NCBI GenBank assembly: GCA_015059285.1
Contig: SVAS01000003.1
Coordinates: 2,679-66,678 of the forward strand
Length of the DNA: 64,000 bases
Source: Bacillota bacterium
GTDB lineage: Bacteria > Bacillota_I > Bacilli_A > RF39 > UBA660
Direction of reading: 5' to 3'
The translations under genes and the position numbers were made by a program. The number at the start of each line of letters is the position of its first letter. The stretch's first letter is position 1. Below are positions 37,921-45,701 of the stretch, one piece after another. The notes beneath the pieces were generated by a model that had not been told where the DNA came from, searched no databases, and saw only the letters and a list, made by a program, of their open reading frames with translations.

Positions 37921-39127
37921 CTTTGTACTCCTTTAAACATTTTATAATATATTTAATATGTTTATTTTTTAAAGAAGCAGATAAGTTGTAAAACGCTACT
38001 CTTTTAAATAAAGAATATGAATAAGATAAATCACTTTCTCGATAATGACTTACATTATAAGGAAATCCACTTGTATGCCATGATTGTTTTTTTATAAATG
38101 TATCAAAATTAGAAATTAAATTACTACAATATAAATTAAAACCAATTCCCTTATTATTCATTTTTTTAATAAAATCTGAACACTCTTTTTCAGATTTAAA
38201 CTCTATAGCAAGGCTTGTAAATATCGGTTTAGAACCTATTACAAATGGTCTAATATTATAAAATTTGGTATCAATATTATTTACAATTTTATAATAAGTA
38301 TCATTTTGTTTCCTAATAATTTTTTCAATTTTATTTAATTGTTCTAAAGCTATAGCACTTTGAATTTCAGTTATTTTAAAGTTTTCTCCAAAAAAAGTTT
38401 TTCCATTTTCCCAAGTTGGATAATTACAACCATTTCGGTATCCTCCATTATCATGGTACATTTTAGCTTTTTCATATACTTGTTTATTGTTGGTTGCTAA
38501 AAATCCACCTTCACCGCAAGTAATTGTTTTCCCAGCTTGAAGACTAAATGCTCCAATGTTTCCCAAAGTCCCTACCTTTTTATTATTGATACTTGCTCCA
38601 AAAGCTTGAGCTGTATCTTCAATAACTACTAAGTTATGTTTTTTAGCAATTTTATTTATTTCTATCATATTACAAGGTTGTCCTTGCATATGAATAGCCA
38701 TAATAGCTTTTGTTTTATCAGTAATCTTTTCTTCTATTTTTTTATAATCTATATTCATAGTATTATCTATATCTACAAATACAGGAATAGCACCACAAGA
38801 TAGCACTTCGCTTGCTGATGCTATAAATGTAAAAGGTGACATTATAACTTCATCCCCACATCCTATATCACTCGCAATACAAGCAAGTTTTAAAGCAGCA
38901 CCACCACTTGTACAAGCAAGTACATATTTAACGCCTAAATATTCGGCCAAATTCTTTTCAAACTTGTCTGTTTTATATTGTAAATTAGGACCATGATATC
39001 TAAATAAACTTTTACTTTTTAAAACTTTTTTTACTGCTTTAATCTCTTCTTTACCGATATAATGAGTACCAATAAAAGGATCATTTGGAATCTTCACAAA
39101 AATCCCCCCTTTACTTATTTTCTTCAT
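37910..39127 (-). CDS. DegT/DnrJ/EryC1/StrS family sugar aminotransferase
   Basis: 405 aa. CTSGGAALKLA, DEVIMSPFTFIASA, VIEDTAQAFGA and FSLQAGKTITCGEGG (PLP lysine). Confidence 0.85.
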   Translation of the reverse strand: MKKISKGGIFVKIPNDPFIGTHYIGKEEIKAVKKVLKSKSLFRYHGPNLQYKTDKFEKNLAEYLGVKYVLACTSGGAALKLACIASDIGCGDEVIMSPFTFIASASEVLSCGAIPVFVDIDNTMNIDYKKIEEKITDKTKAIMAIHMQGQPCNMIEINKIAKKHNLVVIEDTAQAFGASINNKKVGTLGNIGAFSLQAGKTITCGEGGFLATNNKQVYEKAKMYHDNGGYRNGCNYPTWENGKTFFGENFKITEIQSAIALEQLNKIEKIIRKQNDTYYKIVNNIDTKFYNIRPFVIGSKPIFTSLAIEFKSEKECSDFIKKMNNKGIGFNLYCSNLISNFDTFIKKQSWHTSGFPYNVSHYRESDLSYSYSLFKRVAFYNLSASLKNKHIKYIIKCLKEYKDEL

Positions 39128-40232
39128 ATATTATTTTAGCTATTTTAAAAGCTGCATCTTTTTCAAATTCATTAAAATAAGTGTTTCTTTTTTCAAAATA
39201 TTTTTCTTGATTAGAATTTAAATATTTACTAATTATTTTATTAACACTTTCTTTATAATCATAATCTAAATATTGTTTTATATTTTCTAAAACCATATCT
39301 ACTCCAGATTTTTCATCTAAATACATAGGTATTTCTTTATAAAAATTAAAATTATCCCAATTTAATATATCAAAACCAAAATCCATTTTTCTATAGTAGT
39401 TTAATTGTAACATCTGACTATAATTTATAGCAGGCAAATACATAATATTTTTATTTTCATTAATTGTTTCTATAAAATTACCAAGTCCTGATGACATAAT
39501 ACAGTGACTGGATTCTTGCATACATTTTAAATATTCTTCATTTGATAAAGTTTTAATAAATACTTTATCATTTTCTTTATCTAATTTAATATTATTAATT
39601 ACTTTGCTACCACCACAAATAATAATTTTATCAAATTTATTTATTTCGTTTGTAGAAAGAATTTCATTAATAATTTTATTATAAAATTTATTTATTATAG
39701 TTTGATCAAATAGAAATGATGAAGCCCCACCTAAATTAATAATTAATTGATTTTTAGTTTTGCCTTTATAAGAGTTTTTTAAATTTCTAACAGGTCCTAA
39801 AAATATAGGATTATCAATAACATGACCAACTCTATCAAAGTTTTCTTTACATGAGAATGTTTCTGATATAAAGAACTTCTTAACTTTACCTAACTTTTCT
39901 GGTATTTCATCCCACATCCATACTAAGTTATCAACATAATAAACATTCTTTATATAATCTAAACTGAAGATTGCTCCATTAATATTTTCACTTGAAAAAT
40001 AGATATCATATTTTAAAAATACATCTTTATGTTTTTCTAAATCAACCATGTCAAAAGTATCGCACTCATAAAATTCATTAAAATATCCACTCATTTTAGC
40101 TTGTTCTAAAGAAATTCCTGAACCGATAAAATCAACAATTACATCAGGATATTTAATTAATTCTTTTATAACATTAAGACAAGTCGCAATAGGACCATAT
40201 CCAAAACTTTCAGCTGATACTAATATTTTCAT
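39111..40232 (-). CDS. GT-B fold glycosyltransferase (GT1/GT28-like)
   Basis: N-terminus MKILVSAESFGYGPIATCL. The C-terminal HCIMSSGLGNFIETINENKNIMYLPAINYSQ fits the H-x4-G-x-G-x3-E...P...Q nucleotide-sugar motif of GT1/MurG-like enzymes. Confidence 0.55.
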   Translation of the reverse strand: MKILVSAESFGYGPIATCLNVIKELIKYPDVIVDFIGSGISLEQAKMSGYFNEFYECDTFDMVDLEKHKDVFLKYDIYFSSENINGAIFSLDYIKNVYYVDNLVWMWDEIPEKLGKVKKFFISETFSCKENFDRVGHVIDNPIFLGPVRNLKNSYKGKTKNQLIINLGGASSFLFDQTIINKFYNKIINEILSTNEINKFDKIIICGGSKVINNIKLDKENDKVFIKTLSNEEYLKCMQESSHCIMSSGLGNFIETINENKNIMYLPAINYSQMLQLNYYRKMDFGFDILNWDNFNFYKEIPMYLDEKSGVDMVLENIKQYLDYDYKESVNKIISKYLNSNQEKYFEKRNTYFNEFEKDAAFKIAKIIYEENK

Positions 40233-40234
40233 TT

Positions 40235-41254
40235 TTATAACTCCTTTATTTTAAAATAACATTTATTAAATTGACAATTAGCTTCATCACACTTTTTCTT
40301 GCAATCAAGCTCACTATTTAATAATTTTGTTTGTAATTCACTTCTTTTTGAACCATTCCAAATTTCTGTAAATGTTTCATTATGTAATTCACCAATCTTA
40401 TATATAGTTCTATCTCTATGGATACTACAATCACAAGGATATACAAATCCTGTTGGAGCATCTATAAAAACGCAATATGATGGATAAACACATTTTAAAT
40501 CTAAATTAATACTTCTATCTCCATTTGAATTAATTTCTTTTTTAAAAAAATTAATATCACTACATAAAAATTCTATACCTAATGAAGCAGATAAACTTAA
40601 ATAATAATCTAAATTATTATTATAATTATTCATTTGTTCTTCTGTAAAAAATAAATCATCACAATCTTTAATAATTATTGGATTAATATAGTCAAAATCA
40701 AATCTTTCTTTTAACCTAATAAAACTTTCAAAATCATCTATATTTTTTTTATTTAATACGTGGTTAATTGCTACTTTAGTATTTGGCATATATTTTTTTA
40801 TTAAATTAATATTACGAGTAACAATATCCCATAAACCAACTACTCTTCTCAGTTCATCATGTATTTCTGCATTAAAACTATCAATTGAAAAAAACACTGC
40901 ATTTATATCATAAGTAGCTAATTTTTTTATTTTTTCTTCATCTAAATTTAAACCATTTGAAATAACATTTATATGAATACCTTTTTTAGTAGCATATTCA
41001 ATATATTTAAATATATCATCATTAATAAAAGGCTCTCCACCACCTGTAAAATGAATATATTTAGTCCCAAGTAAGCTTAATTCATCTATTAATTTAAATA
41101 CATCTATAGAACAATTTTTTTCTTTATTCTCCCTTACATCACAAAAAACACAATTAGCATTACAAAGATTACTTAAAGATAAATAAGCATAATATGGTTT
41201 GTCATAAAACTTTAGTAAGTCTTGTTTTTTTTCTTTTAGTAATTTCAAATACAT
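40235..41254 (-). CDS. Radical SAM enzyme with C-terminal SPASM/twitch-like Cys-rich domain
   Basis: CNANCVFC (CX3CX2C), the GGGEP SAM-binding motif, and C-terminal cysteines (CVYPSYC...CDC...CKKKCDEANCQFNKC). Confidence 0.88.
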   Translation of the reverse strand: MYLKLLKEKKQDLLKFYDKPYYAYLSLSNLCNANCVFCDVRENKEKNCSIDVFKLIDELSLLGTKYIHFTGGGEPFINDDIFKYIEYATKKGIHINVISNGLNLDEEKIKKLATYDINAVFFSIDSFNAEIHDELRRVVGLWDIVTRNINLIKKYMPNTKVAINHVLNKKNIDDFESFIRLKERFDFDYINPIIIKDCDDLFFTEEQMNNYNNNLDYYLSLSASLGIEFLCSDINFFKKEINSNGDRSINLDLKCVYPSYCVFIDAPTGFVYPCDCSIHRDRTIYKIGELHNETFTEIWNGSKRSELQTKLLNSELDCKKKCDEANCQFNKCYFKIKEL

Positions 41255-41256
41255 AG

Positions 41257-41724
41257 TTACACCTCATTTAAACCATCCAATATTCCACTTATTGTTTGTA
41301 ACATTGAATCATTTAAAAAATCATTACATTTATAATATTTAGTATTAGTTAAAGTATCTAATCCCATAACAACTGGAGAATACATAAAATTATCTTCTAC
41401 TAAAATGTGTAAATCTTTTTTTAAAGCGGATGCCCAACCTAACTCAATATGAACTCCACCACTTATTCCTTTAGATAAATGATTACCAGGTATTACTATA
41501 ATAGCATCACTAGATTTAATTCCTTCATAATCACTTAAAGTACACTCTTGAGGTCCCTTATGATCTACTCCCCAATTTTCTCTTTTTATAGCTAAATAAT
41601 AATCAAAACCCTTATTAGTAATCAAATTAATTAAGTTTTCAAAAAACGGCTGATATTCTTTTTTTACAACATAATTTTCTTCTTCACATAATCCAGTAAA
41701 TGGACAAGATATAAATACTTTCAT
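41257..41724 (-). CDS. Nucleoside 2-deoxyribosyltransferase-like (candidate nucleotide N-glycosidase)
   Basis: 155 aa. MKVFISCPF ..., SDAIIVIP and GGVHIELGWASALKKDLHIL follow the PF05014-type pattern (D...G...E.G.A). Confidence 0.55.
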   Translation of the reverse strand: MKVFISCPFTGLCEEENYVVKKEYQPFFENLINLITNKGFDYYLAIKRENWGVDHKGPQECTLSDYEGIKSSDAIIVIPGNHLSKGISGGVHIELGWASALKKDLHILVEDNFMYSPVVMGLDTLTNTKYYKCNDFLNDSMLQTISGILDGLNEV

Positions 41725-41731
41725 TTTTTTC

Positions 41732-42610
41732 CTACCTTCTAAAATATTTTTTCTTTGTTAATAATTTATCTGTTAATGATGTTTCACTTATGCATAAATT
41801 ATTATTAATTCCGGTTGCAATAAATCTTCCATCAGTATTTACTAAACGGTGAAAATCACTTCCAACAGAAGTTAATAAATCATGTTTTTTAGCAATATCA
41901 TATAACCAAATAGTATCTTTTTTTAAGCAATCTGATTGATATATTTCTATTCCATCTATTCCCATAGAAATAAGTTTGTGAGTAATAACTTCAACTTCTG
42001 CTTTATCTAATTTATAAGCCATAGGATGAGCAAAAACAACATATCCTCCAGCAGAATGTATAGCATCAATTACATGTCTAACAGAAACTTCATAATCTTC
42101 GCCATAACTAAATCTATTAGCTTTATAATAAACTCTTAACTTATCTATTGATTCTTTTGAATAATTACCCTCTTCAAAACATTTAATAATCTCTCTATCA
42201 AACCAACAATAACGGCTAAAATTTAAATAGCCAATTTCCTCTTCTGGTAATACTTTTACCATTTCTTTTACCTTTTTTACTACGCTCATATGAGCATCTA
42301 TTCTTTTATCTTTCATTTCATTTAATAACTCTTCTAATTTATGGTTATTTTCATTAAAACCATAACCTAGAATATGTAGTTTTATTTTCTTATTGTTAAT
42401 TACTATATAAGAAGAAAACTCAACTCCATTTATGCCAACTAAACCCTTTTTAATACTTTTTTTAAATTCATTCAAACCTTCAATTGTATCATGATCAGCA
42501 ATTGATAAAATTTTAGTACTGTTATCATTTGCTAGTTCAATAATTTCTGTCGGAGTAAAATATCCATCTGAATTATTTGAATGAACATGCAAATCAATGT
42601 ATTTACTCAT
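41732..42610 (-). CDS. PHP-domain phosphoesterase
   Basis: YIDLHVHSNNSDGYFTPTEII...SIADHDTIEG, then FAHP and GSDFH metal ligands. The ATG at 42610 is preceded by GAGGTGA. Confidence 0.85.
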   Translation of the reverse strand: MSKYIDLHVHSNNSDGYFTPTEIIELANDNSTKILSIADHDTIEGLNEFKKSIKKGLVGINGVEFSSYIVINNKKIKLHILGYGFNENNHKLEELLNEMKDKRIDAHMSVVKKVKEMVKVLPEEEIGYLNFSRYCWFDREIIKCFEEGNYSKESIDKLRVYYKANRFSYGEDYEVSVRHVIDAIHSAGGYVVFAHPMAYKLDKAEVEVITHKLISMGIDGIEIYQSDCLKKDTIWLYDIAKKHDLLTSVGSDFHRLVNTDGRFIATGINNNLCISETSLTDKLLTKKKYFRR

Positions 42611-42630
42611 AAGTATCACCTCTAATTATA

Positions 42631-42660
42631 ATTATATAGACTTATCTGTAATTTGACCAA
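42631..42660 (-). promoter_or_regulatory. Candidate promoter of the 12-gene operon
   Basis: Minus-strand TTGGTC (42655-42660), an 18-nt spacer, and TATAAT (42631-42636), 20 nt upstream of the PHP start codon. Confidence 0.4.
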
Positions 42661-42683
42661 TACCTAAATCTTATATGTTATAA

Positions 42684-42697
42684 GTTATAATTATAAC
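42684..42697. promoter_or_regulatory. Perfect 14-nt palindrome GTTATAATTATAAC, possible LysR-type operator
   Basis: It lies just upstream of the candidate -35 and downstream of the lysR-family gene. It is AT-rich, so a chance occurrence is possible. Confidence 0.3.
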
Positions 42698-42729
42698 AAA
42701 AAAAGGAAACTTTAATTATTTCCTTTTTT
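42698..42729 (-). terminator. Hairpin around the LysR stop codon
   Basis: 9-bp stem aaaaggaaa/tttcctttt with flanking A and T runs. Confidence 0.5.
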
Positions 42730-43614
42730 AAATATATTTACAAAATCTTTGACAATATCATGATTAAATTTTTTATTGTATGCTACACTAACAGGGATAA
42801 ATACTTTATCAATATCAACATTAACTTCAAATAATTTACCATTTTCAATATCTTCTAAAACAAAATTTTTAATCATCCAGCCAATTCCAATTCCTTTACT
42901 GATTATGCCTTTTGAAACAGAAGATGAATTAGCTTCAATTAAAGGATTTAATACTATTTGTTTTTTCTTAAAATACATATCTATCATTTTTCTATTGGCG
43001 GTATGTGGTCCAGGTAAAATTAATGGATAATTTACTAATTCAGAAGCCTTTACTATCTCTTTTTCTGCAACACTCTTAAATTGCTCACTACATACAAAAC
43101 AACTTTCCAAATTAAGAATATCATATTTAGATAAAGGAGAACCATCTAAATCAGGCATATCAGTATCAATAACAATATCCAGTTCTCTTTTAGTTAGCAT
43201 CTTTAACATTTCTTCAGATTTCTTATTAACAATATTAATTCTTATATTGGGGTATTTTTCATTAAAAATTTTCAAATAATTAACAAAATAAAATGTCCCT
43301 ATATGAGTAGGCACCCCAATATTAATAATATCAAAAGAAGCCTCTTTTGCTTTATCTAACATCTCTTGATTTGCGAGTGCAAGTTCACAAAGTTTTTCAG
43401 AATAATAATAAACTACTTCACCAGCCGGTGTTAACTCAATCCCTTTAGAAGTCCTTTTAAAAAGTTCTAAATTTAATTGTTCTTCTAATTTTTTTATTGC
43501 TTGAGTTACTGCAGGTTGTGAAATATATAACTCATGTGAAGCTTTAGTAAAACTTTTGTATTTTCCTACTATATAAAATGTTTTATATAAATTTAAATCA
43601 ACATTCAAATTCAT
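42712..43614 (-). CDS. LysR family transcriptional regulator
   Basis: N-terminal wHTH (FTKASHELYISQPAVTQAIKKLEEQL) plus a periplasmic-binding-like effector domain. 300 aa. Confidence 0.9.
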   Translation of the reverse strand: MNLNVDLNLYKTFYIVGKYKSFTKASHELYISQPAVTQAIKKLEEQLNLELFKRTSKGIELTPAGEVVYYYSEKLCELALANQEMLDKAKEASFDIINIGVPTHIGTFYFVNYLKIFNEKYPNIRINIVNKKSEEMLKMLTKRELDIVIDTDMPDLDGSPLSKYDILNLESCFVCSEQFKSVAEKEIVKASELVNYPLILPGPHTANRKMIDMYFKKKQIVLNPLIEANSSSVSKGIISKGIGIGWMIKNFVLEDIENGKLFEVNVDIDKVFIPVSVAYNKKFNHDIVKDFVNIFKKGNN

Positions 43615-43685
43615 ACTACACCTCCAACACTATATTGTTTAATAAATTTATTATATCATATGGGGGTCTTTATCTGCAACACAAC

Positions 43686-43716
43686 AAAAAAAGGTTAACG
43701 TAAATTAACCTTTTTT
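43686..43716 (-). terminator. Terminator after ssrA
   Basis: 8-bp stem aaggttaa/ttaacctt flanked by A and T runs (bidirectional appearance), 40 nt downstream of the tmRNA CCA end. Confidence 0.65.
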
Positions 43717-43756
43717 ATATATATTAAAGCGATTTTCTTTAGCTATTTTTTTATTT

Positions 43757-44097
43757 TGGTGGAGCTGAGGAGAATCGAACTCCTGTCCAAAAATATATTC
43801 ATATAAATTTCTACAAGTTTAGTCAGTTAATAAAATTCCTAGATAAACTGATAACTAACAATCTATTTTCTAGTAAGCCTATAAAATTCATTATTACTTC
43901 TAGGCGCCGTAATAATATATCCCATTAAATCGAGCCTCTTAAAAACTCCATGGGAGAAAGTTTATAAGAAGCAGCCTCCATTATATTAAGCGAAAGCTAA
44001 TTGATTTCTGTTTCCAGTTATTTTTTGTTTGCACTTAACGCGTGCCTTCGACTTGCCATCTATACTTCAATATTTCTGTCGAAACCTAAACAGCCCC
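43757..44097 (-). ncRNA. ssrA: tmRNA (ssrA)
   Basis: Minus-strand 5' end GGGGCTGTTTAGGTTTCGAC and 3' end GGAGTTCGATTCTCCTCAGCTCCACCA (T-arm, acceptor, CCA). The internal tag frame is AAAAATAACT|GGA AAC AGA AAT CAA TTA GCT TTC GCT TAA. Confidence 0.93.
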
Positions 44098-44191
44098 ATA
44101 AATGTATAACCATTATAGCATACTTACAAAAAAAATCAAATATACATAGCACACTAATAAACTCTTTTCATAAAATATTAAAGGTGATTAT

Positions 44192-45112
44192 ATGAATATT
44201 GATTATAGCTTTGGAAATCAATACTACCAATATTTTGGTGATAAAGGAATTAAAAGTATAGAATATAATATTTTAGCCCCTGAACAGGAACAATTAATCC
44301 AACCAGGAATGGAATACATAATGACACCTAGACCTATTTTTGATAATCCTAATTATATAGGAAGTAATAAATTAAAAGATAAGGTGGCAATTATTACTGG
44401 TGGAGATAGCGGTTTAGGAAAAGCTGCTGCCATTGCATTTGCTAAAGAAGGCGCTAAAATTTTAATACCTTATTATAATGAACATAGAGATGCTTTAGAA
44501 ACAAAAGAATATATAGAAAATCTGGGTGGAATATGTGAAATAATTTCTGGAGACATTGCCAATAAAAATTTTTCTAACCAAATAGTGAATTGTGCTTTAG
44601 AAAAATTTGGTAAAATTGATATATTGGTTAATAACGCTGGTGTACAATACCAACAAGATAGTTTAGATTGTATATCAGATGAACAATTTGACCAAACTAT
44701 GAAAGTTAATGTTTATGGAATGTTTTATTTAACTAAAGCTGTTTTACCTTATTTAAAACCCGGTTCATCTATCATTAATTTATCTTCTGTAACAACTTTC
44801 TATGGTGAACCACAACTTATAGATTATGTAACTACTAAAGGGGCTATTGTAGGTTTTACTCGTTCACTTGCTCGTAATTTAGCTCTAAAAAACATTAGAG
44901 TTAATGCGATTGCTCCTGGATTTTTTTGGACACCTTTACAACCTGCATGCTGGGTAAAAGAAAAAATACCTTCATTAGGAGCTGATGCAGCTATGGCTAG
45001 AGGAGCTATGCCGTATGAATTAGCGCCAACATTTGTTTTTTTAGCTAGTGATGATTCTAGTTATGTAACTGGGCAAGTAATTCATAATAATGGTGGTCAA
45101 ATAATGGGATAA
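44192..45112 (+). CDS. SDR family oxidoreductase (YdaD/YhxC/YghA-like general stress type)
   Basis: ITGGDSGLGKAAA, NNAG and YVTTKGAIV (YxxxK). The N-terminal extension MTPRPIFDNPNYIGSNKL is typical of this subgroup. Confidence 0.85.
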   Translation: MNIDYSFGNQYYQYFGDKGIKSIEYNILAPEQEQLIQPGMEYIMTPRPIFDNPNYIGSNKLKDKVAIITGGDSGLGKAAAIAFAKEGAKILIPYYNEHRDALETKEYIENLGGICEIISGDIANKNFSNQIVNCALEKFGKIDILVNNAGVQYQQDSLDCISDEQFDQTMKVNVYGMFYLTKAVLPYLKPGSSIINLSSVTTFYGEPQLIDYVTTKGAIVGFTRSLARNLALKNIRVNAIAPGFFWTPLQPACWVKEKIPSLGADAAMARGAMPYELAPTFVFLASDDSSYVTGQVIHNNGGQIMG

Positions 45113-45157
45113 AAATAAAAAGTAGCTAATATTGTAATTAATATTAGTTACTTTTTT
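45113..45157. terminator. Bidirectional terminator between convergent genes
   Basis: 13-bp stem agtagctaatatt/aatattagttact (one G-T pair), flanked by A-run and T-run. Confidence 0.65.
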
Positions 45158-45692
45158 ATGCATGACTTAATACATATCTTAAAGCTTTTTGTGGTGAACC
45201 ATAAGAAAGAGAATAACTCATACTTCCTACTATATGTTCTTGAACTAAAGATACTTCTTTTTCTTCACCTAATTCATGTACAGGAACCATAATAAATTTT
45301 TCTTGTTTTAATCTAGGAATAAAAGATTCATTAAATTCTATTTTATATTTTGTTTCATAATTATATGATTTTAACAAAAGATCATAATCTGTATTAACAT
45401 TTATTTTTCTTAAAGAACTCACTAAAACTTTTAATTGCTGAACTGACATAGGTTGAAACATTTTAAATAATAATGCCTCTGGTATTCTAAATAAAATATG
45501 AAGTGGAACGTATGTCAAAAGATCTTTAAAGTTTTGTTCAAATGGTAATGAAAGCGCCATATTCAAAGGCATTCCAATAAGCATAGATAAAGATGAATAA
45601 ATACAAACTCTTTTAGTAAGTCTTGTTAATGAAAAACCTTTTTTTGCTTCCTCCATTTTTTCAAACAAATCATAATTAATTTTTATTTTCAT
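45156..45692 (-). CDS. Hypothetical protein
   Basis: 178-aa ORF with no recognisable motif and one hydrophobic stretch (VCIYSSLSMLIGMPLNMALSL). Confidence 0.4.
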   Translation of the reverse strand: MKIKINYDLFEKMEEAKKGFSLTRLTKRVCIYSSLSMLIGMPLNMALSLPFEQNFKDLLTYVPLHILFRIPEALLFKMFQPMSVQQLKVLVSSLRKINVNTDYDLLLKSYNYETKYKIEFNESFIPRLKQEKFIMVPVHELGEEKEVSLVQEHIVGSMSYSLSYGSPQKALRYVLSHA

Positions 45693-45701
45693 AAATATAT
45701 T

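Noticed and set aside
40235-41254. RiPP maturase (sactipeptide/ranthipeptide-type) or prokaryotic viperin interpretation of the radical SAM gene.
   Set aside because: There is no space for a precursor peptide ORF, since flanking gaps are 2 nt. No peptidase or exporter typical of RiPP loci is present. The C-terminal SPASM-like Cys cluster and the N-terminal context differ from viperin-type enzymes, and no nucleotide kinase partner is present.
34412-42610. 2-deoxystreptamine aminoglycoside (butirosin/neomycin-like) cluster, suggested by DegT aminotransferase plus radical SAM (BtrN-like) plus glycosyltransferase plus APH(3').
   Set aside because: No 2-deoxy-scyllo-inosose synthase (dehydroquinate-synthase-like) gene, deacetylase or further aminocyclitol genes are present in the operon or its flanks. 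The nucleoside-deoxyribosyltransferase-like and Fem-like genes do not fit that pathway. It is kept only as a weaker alternative.
43615-43756. Integrase or att repeat expected for an ssrA-targeted island.
   Set aside because: The interval contains only the ssrA terminator and the lysR upstream region. No recombinase ORF occurs anywhere between 31.9 and 43.7 kb, and I could not find a duplicate of the ssrA 3' end by eye. The island idea is therefore presented only as an inference.
44001-44195. 64-aa plus-strand ORF upstream of the SDR gene.
   Set aside because: It lies antisense across the 5' third of the tmRNA gene (43757-44097) and has no RBS. The tmRNA assignment explains the region.
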